The notes beneath the pieces were generated by a model that saw only the letters and a program-made list of their open reading frames with translations, did no database searches and was not told the origin of the DNA. A stretch of DNA of 64,000 bases from positions 100,006,001 through 100,070,000 of the forward strand of contig NC_042998.1 of NCBI RefSeq assembly GCF_006345805.1. The letters run 5' to 3'. Positions 12,444 to 22,930 of this stretch are shown here, in pieces (position 1 is the first letter of the stretch; each line of letters starts with the position of its first letter). Source of the DNA: Octopus sinensis. Lineage: Eukaryota. Both the position numbers and the translations under genes were made by a program.

Positions 12444-12598
12444 TCTTCATGATAGCAATGTTGCATCTGCTTGGAGTCAACAAACCAGCCATCTTCAATG
12501 TCACTGGACATGTCCAAAGTGTGAGAGGAAGTTTATTGTAAGCGTAATTGAACGACTGCAACATGAAAGTTCTTGTGAATTTGCTGAATCTTCAAGAG
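12444..12598 (+). CDS. DHX34: DHX34 exon (first Cys/His zinc-knuckle-like motif)
   Basis: ttgacag|T ... G|gttagt; HWTCPKCERKFIVSVIERLQHESSC matches [25 protein letters not shown]; phase 2-1. Confidence 0.92.
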
Positions 12599-12859
12599 GT
12601 TAGTTGCTTATTGAATCTTAAGTTTATTTGTCTAAGATCACCTAGTGTCAAAGGTGGCTCAGGTGACTACCCAATAATATAAACTGACTTTCACTCATGA
12701 CTCTCCAAACACTATCCTATTACCAAGCTGTATGCCCCCCTCTCTCATAATGATCCCTAAACCACCAATATACATTCTGTCAAACACCCCAAAACCTTGT
12801 AAAAATTGTTTTTTTGCAGAACAGAATTTGGCCCTCCATCTCTGTTCATCTTTTCCCCA

Positions 12860-14360
12860 TCATCATCATCATTGAAGGTCCGTTGTTCATGCTGGCATGG
12901 TTTGATCAGGGCTAGTAAGCTGAGGTACTGCACCAGATTCCTGTCTGATTTGGCATAGTTTCCACAACTGGATGCCCTTCCTAATGCCAACCACTCTGAA
13001 GGTTTAATGGGTGCTTTTACATGCTACTGGCATGGGTTCCAGTTGCGTGACACCAGTATCTTCCATGACTATGATTTCACCTGGCTTGATGGGTCTTCTT
13101 CTCAAGCACAGCTTATTACCAAAGGTTTTGGTCATTTGTCATTGCCCCCATGAGGCCCAATGCTTGAAAGGTGCTTTTTATGTGCCACCAGTATGGGTGC
13201 CAATTACATGACACCAGCATTAGCCATAACTACAATTCCACTTGGCTTGACAGGTCTTCTGAAGCATGGCATATTGCCACTAGTTATTGCTTCCATGAGG
13301 CCCACAGTTTGAAGATCATGATGCACAACCTTATCCCATGTCTTCCTAGTTCCTTCCATAGTTAGAGATCAGCACTTCTTTATACAGCTGTCCTCATCCA
13401 TGCGCATAACATGACCATACCAGCGCAGTTGTCTCTCTTGCACACCACATCTGATGCCTCTTATGCCCAACTTTTCTCTCAAGATGATTACATTCTGTCG
13501 TACATGCACACTGACATTGCACATTTAGCGAAGCATGCTAGCTTCATTTCTTTCAAGCCTACACAACCCATGTTTCACTGCTATGTAGCATAGATGTTTG
13601 CACACATGCATGAAACAGTTTGCCTTTCACTCTGAGGGAGAGGTCTTTTGTTGCCAGCAGAGTTAGGAATTTGCTGAACTTTGCCCAGCCTATTCTTTTT
13701 CTTGCAGCTATGCTCTTGGAGCATCCACCTCTGCTACTAACTTGGTCACCTTGATAACAGAAGTTATCTACTACCTCTAGCTTAACCCTGCTGGTACTTG
13801 ATGGAGTCTATTTTCTGTATATTTTTAGTGTTTATTGTACTTGTTCACCTTCCACACACAAAAACTATTTTCCCAGTTAACCTTCCTCTGATATTGCTGC
13901 GTCTCTTATGTGTTCATAGCTTGCACTGGGTACAAAGTGTTTCTACCAACACTTTTCCTATAGATCGAGCAGGGCCATCTGCCTGAAGGGATCTATGATT
14001 TGTTTGCTCTCCTACTTACAAGACTTTGGTTTTTGCTAGCTTAACTCTAAAGTCTTTTGATTCTACACCTTGCTTTCACACCTAAAATTTCTTCTATAGT
14101 TCTGGTAGTGATTCAGCTATAAGAACTAGGTTATGAGCATAGAGAAGCTTCCAGTAACAGCCTCTGTTAATCCCTGTAGGACTATAATGAACAAGGGGCT
14201 GAGGATTGATCCTTAGTGAACCCCTACTTATATTCTGAATTCCTCACTATACTTGTTGCTAATCTTCACCTTTCTGACAGCATCCCTGTACACAGCTTGT
14301 ACAGCTCTCACCAACCACTCATCTGTCCCTAGCTTCTTCATTGACCACAATTCAACCATT
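12860..14360 (-). mobile_element. RTE LINE fragment (RT C-terminus plus 3' tail) in DHX34 intron, antisense
   Basis: Reverse complement of sequence found at 40400-41110 and 58300-59100; (CAT)n tail at about 12860. Confidence 0.8.
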
Positions 14361-14718
14361 ATCTTGCAACAAGTATAAGTAAACCTTAAACACATTTATT
14401 TCATCCAGTTTTCTTCTCCTTTATGTTTAGGAGAACTTGAAAAATTTCAGTAAAATTCAGTGGCACTCCTCATCCTCCTTCTTTCTTCCACTATGCTGGT
14501 ACTTCTAAAGCAACAAGAAGAAAATGAATTAACAAGAAGAACCAGGCCTTGTTGCAAAATTATTTTTTGTTAAAACTTAACAATAAACAATATTTTTATT
14601 ACAAGACTTCAATCATCTTGTTACGTATATAGACTTTATTAATCACACTTGAACAAAAAATTTCTTTCCTGAAATAAGAAAACATTCTAGAGTCAAATAC
14701 AATTCCATTTTCTTTCAG

Positions 14719-14876
14719 ATAATGATAACAACGATGATGATGATGATGATGAAAGTGTAAGTCATAAAAATCCTTTGAAGCAGAAGTTTGATTGTAGCGA
14801 TTGTGGGAAAACCTTTCAGTTCACTGCCATAGAAATTCTGAAGCATAAAAGATTTCACCTTGTCGGAGCAGAATAA
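14719..14876 (+). CDS. DHX34: DHX34 last coding exon (poly-Asp, C2H2-like finger, TAA stop)
   Basis: tctttcag|AT; FDCSDCGKTFQFTAIEILKHKRFHLVGAE* matches [24 protein letters not shown]; the nine exons sum to 1182 nt = 394 codons. Confidence 0.93.
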
Positions 14877-14923
14877 CAAATGCAAATTGTAAAAAAAAAA
14901 AAAAACCTTTTTATTTTTCAAGA

Positions 14924-14929
14924 AATAAA
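14924..14929 (+). terminator. Likely DHX34 polyadenylation signal
   Basis: AATAAA 48 nt after the stop, followed by T-rich sequence; such hexamers are frequent by chance in AT-rich DNA. Confidence 0.5.
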
Positions 14930-15452
14930 TTATTGATTTTTCCATTTTTAAAAATTAATTGTACTCTTGTCATTTTATAATAATTCTTTACTATACCTTT
15001 ATACAGCTCATATGATGTGTGTGTGTGTTTGTGCCCATTGTTCATATGAAGACTGCTCTGGTTTACATCCATCTATCCATCAAGAAAGAGATGTCATTTA
15101 TTTCCACATGTGTGGGTTAGTTAAAGGAAGTGGCATCCAACCATAGAAAATCTGCATCAACAAATTTTGTTCAGCCTCTACAATCATGGAAAAGTGAACA
15201 TTATGGTAGTGGTGGTGGTGGCGGTGGACAACAAGCTTCAACATGATTTTTATCTGCCAAATTTCACTCACAATGCATTAGTCAGACTAAGGCTTTGAAG
15301 AAGACACTTGCCCAGTGATGTGTTGTAAGATCAAACTCATATCTATGTATTTGTGAAGCAAAATTCTTAATCACATCACTCTAGTTTATCTGCATTCATC
15401 ATTTCAAGCCCAATGCACAATTACAGGACTAATGAACCCAGTATGTATCCAT

Positions 15453-15970
15453 GAAATTTTCAGTCCAACACACATGGGCAAGGATTTCAAGCACAGTGTG
15501 CATGTTCAATATTTCAAAAAATGCACATGCAAGAAATTTTGAACACAATGTGCTTGCACAAAATTTAAACATAGTGCACATATGTGAAAATTCAGATACA
15601 GTGCACATGTGCAAAATCTTGAACTTAATGCATGTGCCAGAATTTTTGCACTCAATGTAGATTCATGATAATTCGACTTTGCCTTTCATCCTTTTGGGGG
15701 TCGATTAAATAAGTACCAGTTACGCACTGGGGTCGATATAATCAACTTAATCCGTTTGTCTGTCCTTGTTTGTCCTCTCTGTGTTTAGCCCCTTGTGGGT
15801 AGTAAAGAAATAGATAATTCAAACACTGCATTTGCACAAAATTTTGACTTCAATGTGCATGTGCATGAAATTCAAAATTAACATGCATGTGTGAGACTTC
15901 AGTCCCAATATGCAGGCACTAAATTATTAACACATTGTGAATGAGCAAATGTTTAGACTCAGTGTACATG
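15453..15970. repeat. Degenerate ~28-bp minisatellite interrupted by a SINE
   Basis: Units such as gaaattttgaacacaatgtgcttgcaca and aaattcagatacagtgcacatgtgca recur on both sides of the SINE. Confidence 0.7.
15675..15812 (+). mobile_element. 5'-truncated SINE with 8-bp target-site duplication
   Basis: gactttgcctttcatcc..gtaccagttacgcactggggtcg body; GATAATTC at 15667-15674 and 15813-15820. Confidence 0.85.
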
Positions 15971-16624
15971 TGCAAATGGTAGCTGTCATTGAATAAACTA
16001 TTATATGATCAGTTTTATCATCATCATTTAACATCTGTTTATCATGCTGGCATGGGTTGGATGGTTTGACAGGAGCTGGCAAGCCAGAAGACTACACCAG
16101 ACTTCACTGTCTGTTTTGATGAGGTTTCTACAGCTGGATACTTAACACCAACCATTAGAATCTCATAAGTGATTTGTTCTATAGAATAAGAAATTCATTG
16201 GCTTAGTTTTCACAAGCATGTGACATACATACAAGAAGCTGTTGCTGTCTTCTTCTTCCAATCAGGACTCACGCCATTAGCCACAAAGAATAATCTCTAA
16301 TTCAAGCCTACTCTAAGCTACTAAGAATGCATGTGGCAAATTGAAGATCCACCCACCACACATGCTAGACTGGCAGTTGCACGGGCATGAAGGCTACGTT
16401 GTTTTCCTCATTCTATAAATGGTGGCTTTTAATGGGTGGAGAGCTGAACCATCATGGGGTACAGAGGATTTGCAATCTAGACTAGGGTCAGAAAGTTTAC
16501 CACACCATAGTGGGTTACACCATGGTTCCTCTGCTTTGTGGAAGAAGTATGAAGAAAGAGTGAGAGAAAGTTGTGGTGAAAGAGTACAGTGGGGTTCACA
16601 TCCCCCCCCCCATACCGGAGCCTC

Positions 16625-16740
16625 ATGGAGCTTAGGTGTTTTTGCTCAATAAACACTCACAATGCCCAGTCTGGGAATCGAAACTGCGTTCTTAAGACCA
16701 CGAGTTCGCTGCCCTAACCACTGGGCCATTGCGCCTCCAC
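16625..16740 (-). mobile_element. tRNA-derived SINE head
   Basis: Minus strand TGGCCCAGTGG (A box) and GTTTCGATTCC (B box) followed by SINE body rather than a tRNA 3' end. Confidence 0.75.
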
Positions 16741-17028
16741 AGCTGTTGCTGTTTAGCCCTAAGATTGCTCTGAGCATGGAGACCAGTAACCAAAGGCATT
16801 CAAGCTATAATCATCCTATCTTTTTTCAGTCATTACTTATCTTAGCCTGCATTATCCAATGTGTCCATTTTTTAAGACAATGCACTTTGTAATCTTAGGT
16901 TCTTTAACTATTCTTAATATCAGATAAGCTGTATGTTTTGAAAATAACCACATTTAGATTTGTCTGAGTTTCCAAATATTTTATTTATCAACCTTGCTAA
17001 GTTAACAGATGAACATACAATAAATTAA

Positions 17029-17231
17029 CACTTTAGCATTTAAACTGGCCATATCAGGCTCAAATATTCCACATGTTTTATGCTCAAACTCTACCTTTCA
17101 CATCTACCCTACACAATGTCATTCTAAAAATAAGCAATCACATTATCAAAATCTTGAAGCTACATGATTAATTCAAAATATTGTGAATCAATAAGCATAA
17201 TATTTGACTGAGTAATCTGAATGATAAAGGG
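17029..17231. mobile_element. piggyBac-type MITE, 203 bp
   Basis: TTAA|CACTTTAGCATT ... AATGATAAAGGG|TTAA: TTAA duplication plus imperfect terminal inverted repeats. Confidence 0.75.
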
Positions 17232-19679
17232 TTAACAAATTAATGTTGTGAAAGTAGTACAAGGCATATGAATCATTGCAGATCATGAATATTCATTGGA
17301 TGATACTACTAGTTAAGGCTTGTGAATAGAAGAGGAAGATGAGAAAATTAGAGGCTACCATACAGGAAAAAAAATCACTGACCCTTATAAATCTTGAATT
17401 AGCTCAACTTTAAATAACTATTGGCCCAGATGGTTCTAATATCTGTTTGGCAGGAAAATTTGGAGACTTCCTCTCAAGTTACAGCCAAATAAGTCAACCA
17501 AAGCTGATTGGTCAAATCATATTTCTGTAGGTGTTGATATCTTTTATGGCAACTCTTTTCCTTTTCGTGATTCTAGACTGGGAAAATGTTAAGAACTATT
17601 GTTTGAACCTTAGCCAGGTTCTCATTACAACATTATGGTCTGGTTTCAAGGAGATTTGGTTATCATTTCGGCTTGAGCTACCATGTACAGGTTTCCTTGT
17701 TGGCTTGCATAGTCACTACAAGTGATGAACTGTGTCAGGGTGAGCAATATAGACCAAAAGGTGTATAAAGTAAAAACTGACATATTTGGAACAAGCCTCT
17801 ATAAGATTACATAATCTGTTAGAAATAGTAGCTAACCCTCAATCAAATCACATCCTATTATCTTTAAAAGCAATATTTGTTTGAGTGTAAAAATTACCAG
17901 TATGAAACAAAGAAAGAGAGAGGGAAAGACAGACAGACAGAACATTTTAGAAATAGTCTTTAAAGTTCACCAACATTGGCAATACAAATTATTTTCAGAG
18001 ATCTAATAGCCATAGATATGTTCTCTCAACTCATTGAGGTTGCAAAAGATCTAACCAAAACATTGAACTGTTCTTTTTTCTTCTCTCTAGCTTTTGCATT
18101 CTTATATTTCATTTATTCTTTTGTATAGAGTTATATACTTTTCTCAGTCTATCATGGCTTACTAGCCTTACACCGACGTTTGAACTTATTAAATGAATAA
18201 ATAACAGAAAGGTATATTTGATTATATAGGCCCAAATATACCCTCCACTATTGGGTAGTTTTTAAGCAGTTTTAGTTGTTGCCCATTTTCCATGTTGTCA
18301 TGGGTTGGACAGTTTGGCAGGAGCTGGTCAGCTGAAGAGCTGCTCAGGTTCTATGTCTGTTTTGGCATGGTTTCTATAGCTGGATGCCCCTCCCAACTCC
18401 ACCCACTTTACAGAGTGTACCGGGTGCTTTCTACCTGACACCAGCACCCATGAACCCGTAAGAATAGGATCACTCAGTTGAAGAGGGACATGTACTTTTA
18501 CTTAGCATGATGCGTTTTCTCAAGCACAGCAAACCGCCAGAAGTCTTGGCCCCTTGTCATCATCTCTCTGAGGCCTAACGTCTAGAGATCCTTTCTCACC
18601 ACCCATGTCTTCCTGGGTCTACCCTTCCCACATATTCCCTCCACAATTAGAGATCAGTACTTCTTGATGCAACTGTCCTCATTCATACGCATGTTACAAA
18701 CTCTTCAAGTTGAACTGAGTCAGATGTGAATGCTACACCTATCCTCTCATGTCAGTTCTCCAACAATCTAATCTATTTCTGATTTGCAATCAGAAACTTT
18801 TGATTTATAAGTAATGAATTTGATGTACAGTCATTGAGCATTACTGGATAGATTGTTTTTTTTTGTTGAGCATTATTGGATAGATTGTTTTTTTTCATTT
18901 GTTTTGTGGAAAGTAATTTTCATTCTGGACAGTAGAAACACACATCCTATAAAGTAAAAGCTTCCCCAGCTTTGAGAGACAAGGCAGTTATAGCAGATTG
19001 TTTTTCAACCAGTTGATAGTCTCTTTTCCTTAAATGATATTAGAAAATTATATTTTCGTATTTGTCAATGAGAACTGAATCAACAATCTTTAAAAGGTTA
19101 TCCATGGTGCTGTTTCTTCAATGAAAATAGTTTTATTTGTTTGCTGAATATATTTTTGTTGGTAGTAAATTTAGACGCAATGTTTTTTTTAATAATTTTT
19201 TTATTGTTCTTAAATATGTATTATGTAATGTCATCTTCAGCCCACATTTTTGTAATTTCAGACCACATTAGTTTATCATAATAACCTGTCGCTGTGTCTC
19301 TCAGACTTAGTAAAAATTGAATCACGGTATCATTTTCATCTGGCTTCATGAATATGATACTGTTCAAATTGGTTAATGAATTTATCAAAGACCTCTGCAG
19401 AATTCTTATTAATAATGTATTTGATAAAAGGATTTCTGAAGACTAAAAATTGTTGTAATCTATACTTTTAGGAAGTCAAGATCTAACCCCTGGACTCTAC
19501 CATAGTCAAGATCCAACCATATATTTCACCGTTTAGACATTATTAATTAAATTAAAAATATCGTTTCACCCATCATTTATAAGTGGTGAGCATGCATGCA
19601 TCTGAGACTCTCCTAATCTCAAAATTCTATGACAACTATAGAATATCCAATACTACGTTTTCAATTCGAATGATGACCA

Positions 19680-22600
19680 AGTACATAAATTAGATATAAC
19701 AGGAATTTTTCGAAGGGAGGGTGCAAGGTCAGAAGGGAATAAAATTCCAGGAGAAAAGGGCGTAACAACATTATTTAGAAGGACGCACTTCTTTTCTTAA
19801 GCCCTCCCCCACCCCCCGAGTCCGCTCTTGAAATATAAATTCAACACCTGAAGTTTATTGACAAATATATTTTGCTTGCATTTGTAATTACATTTTCATC
19901 CTAGAAAAAAAAAATCAAACAACACACAATACAAATGATTTTATTATTGAATACATTTTGCTTGGATATTCTGCAACATAGAGATTTTGCCCACATGTCA
20001 TCAGATGGCAACAATAAGCTTTCGTGTGTTGCAAGACAATATACACACAAAAAAGGAATCGTTGTAGAATCACTGGATCAACATTGTACTTCCCGTGACA
20101 CATCACTTCACAACTTGTCTCTTATCACCAATGCTTGCAGGGTATTTTTCAAAATACTCTGCGTATACCAAAACTGCAGTTTGTTACATTCAAAGAGCAA
20201 ATCGAAATGGTTGCAGCGCCATACGGCATCACAAAACTTACGATTTCCCGTACTATCTACAAAGGCGGATAAGGCGAATGTTTTTTTTAGTAGTGTGGCC
20301 CGTCTCATGATGAACCATCTCTCATGCGGGGCCCGCTTCTTGAAAAAGTTTGTGCATGCCTGGTCTACACCAACTAATGCATAAGCGAACAGTTCCAAAA
20401 TTTTAAGATATTTTAAAGAATGTAATTAAACAAAAATGTTTTTATGAAATGTTAGAATGTCTTATCTTGAAAATGCTTTCGCTTATAAAAGTTTAAGTTC
20501 ACTTATTAGAATATGGGGAAATGAGGAACACTACGACAGCTCTCTGTTAAAAAAGTTGGTAAAAGCTCGCTTTTTTTTTTTTATAAATTTTAGAATATGG
20601 TAAAACGAAGACAATCTCGAAAGCTTAATTGAGAAAATAGAGAATCGACATTAGACGTATAAACTACAAAAGGAAGTTAGTTCCCTTGAAAGATTTCTCG
20701 TAAACGACCAACGTAGAATAATTAAAATAAAGCGAAAATGTTTTTGTTTTTTTTTAAAGTACACTTCGTAAAGATGTTTTAACGGTGATTCTCTTTTGTT
20801 TATTATCTTCTATGAACTTGATCATTGTCTTTTCTACTGTATGATAATGACATCTACCATTATGAAACCACTTGTAACACACATATGGCTATTGCTATCC
20901 CTGCTACATTTCCCATCCCAGTCACGGTAATGTCAAAACCTTCCTTGTTCAGAACTGAATATACCTTCAAATCCTTTTCGTTTTCCCTAAATTATGTATT
21001 TCAAAACGAATGAGTATATTATTATCATTTTTTATTTGCCACCTCCTTTAGTCTACGAGGTCCTAAATAGTTTCCAATCGATCGAGTTTGTTTTTAAAAA
21101 ATAAAATAAAATAGGCTACAAACACCCAATTTAAAACACACACAAATACATAAGCTCCATCTTTGATCTTAAACAATTAAAAGGCCTTCGTGCAATTTCC
21201 TGAAAAAATAAACTAAATGTGTGACATTTAGTAAAGTCTAAACTGACATGGCAGAAGTATGTGAGTGTGTGTGTGTTTTGACGTATGAAAACAAACACAT
21301 ATATATATAATGTATGTGTATTAGAAAATATATGTTAAGAAAGACAGCAGTTGTAGATAAAAAGTAAGACGAAGCTAGATTAAAAGTGTGGAGGATCTTA
21401 TTTTGTGAGCGAGAATCTCGTGGATGTTAAAATGTTCAACGAGAGTGTCAGACTGAACTAGTCAATATCAACGCTGAATTTATTTGTGTGGGTAATCAAA
21501 CCCTCTTGTTACCTCGTAATAGATCCAACTGTGCGTTTGGTTTTTAAACCCTAACACTTGGAGTATTTAGGTAGCATATATCAAACGGTATCAAAAGTAA
21601 GCTTTATTCCATCTTTGTTGCTAATGAACGATTTACATTGTTTAGCCACTCTGTGTGTCACCTAGTTTCTGTGACCCTAGGAACGCACCTGTTCCTGTCC
21701 GACTACTATTAAAACTACTGTTACACATTATAACCTTCACCAAATTATGATTTTTTTAACTTTAGTTCTTTCTACATAAAATATACTATATATCTCTTTT
21801 AAAATTTGTGTCTATCCTAGGCTGTACATTATATATATATACATATATATATATACATATATATATATATTACATATATATATATATGTATATGTATATA
21901 TTGTATGTTTTCGATCTGCACTTCGAATCGATGGACAATAGCTAAGCCAATCCAAGCCCAGCCGCATCTTCAACATTTTGCAAACCTCCATTTTCATCCC
22001 AATTTTTGTCCAGCCTTCTTTGTATTTTTTTCGTGAGAATATCAAATTTAACTCTGTCCTTTCTCTAATTTCCCATTAAAGCCAAAATTTTCATCATAAA
22101 TCAATAGTTTGGGCCATGTCATCGTTTGCTTTAGTTAATGATAATGTTTGTAAACATTGTGTCTTTGTAGCATGAAGCTTCAAAATAGATAATCATATTT
22201 AATATAAATTGATACTAGAATGTACATATATTAATAACGTGTGTGATCGTATGTCATCGTGTTTTTAAAGCATCTCTGTTGATATGAGTGTGCAGGATGA
22301 GCATGTATTGCTATGTTAAGTTAATTCGAACTGTACCGGAGTGAAAGTTCATTGCTTTAAACTAGAATTACATCATTCTGCCAAATTCAAATCTAGAAAC
22401 ATACAACTTAAAAGTTATTTATATCTGGGTTGTATAATACTGGACGCTACTTCAGAAAAGTCTCCTCTCGAGAAATAAACGTTTGTTTTCGTTCCAATCA
22501 AAGATATTCTTATTTTCTATCAATAAGTATTTTTTTCATTATTTATTGACGCTTTAGGTAAACTTAATTTTAGCTATTTTGTTACTTAATTCAGAAGAAA

Positions 22601-22930
22601 TGTAGATTCGCCATAGTAAATTCATATTTATTTAAGGTTATTTGTATATATATAATACCAAGATGTTTATTATGTATACATTTTAGCAAAATCGTGGTTT
22701 GGGTATTGAAATCAACGGATTGATGGTCTAACCGTTAGTGTTTATACTCAAGTGGACCTAAATAGAGCTAACCTATGATTTGAAACATTTCTGCCATAAT
22801 CATCTCATCTTTTTAGAGTACCTAAGTCTACGTTATCCAATGTATCCTTGTTTAAGGCGGTAAGTGTATAATTTGAGAAATTTGGTCGCTATCTCTAGCA
22901 GCTCGAACGAGAACACGGACTGCTTTAATA
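19680..22930. promoter_or_regulatory. CpG-retaining promoter region, probably of TAF3, possibly bidirectional
   Basis: Hand count about 14 CpG in 20041-20400 versus about 12 in the whole 1765-nt TAF3 exon 4; lies between the DHX34 3' end and TAF3; few retroelements; strong donors on both strands (21597 +, 20241 -). Confidence 0.65.
21370..21596 (+). other. Putative non-coding first exon of TAF3 (start approximate)
   Basis: Donor AAAA|GTAAGC at 21597 inside the CpG-rich region; the TAF3 ATG lies directly after an acceptor, so an upstream exon is required; in-frame TAA upstream means non-coding. Confidence 0.4.

Noticed and set aside
12505-12516. Antisense ORF 12367-12564 also reads WTCP
   Set aside because: The DHX34 codons TGGACATGTCCA form a 12-bp palindrome, so both strands give WTCP; the homologous frame is on the plus strand.
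19460-19472. CTATACTTTTAGG resembling the U3 snoRNA 5' end
   Set aside because: Similarity stops after 13 nt; no box A, B, C or D arrangement follows.
19900-20398. Minus-strand frame with two in-frame TGA codons (..DKL*SDVSREVQC*SSD..) as a selenoprotein; 149-aa plus-strand ORF 19935-20384
   Set aside because: No similarity to selenoprotein families I know, no SECIS recognised, and long frames are easier in this GC-richer patch.
21543-21555. T-run plus AAACCCTAAC as a telomerase RNA template; CCCTAA repeats at about 46752-46766
   Set aside because: Only a 9-nt match with no identifiable pseudoknot, CR4/5 or H/ACA box; short CCCTAA runs are expected by chance or within repeats.
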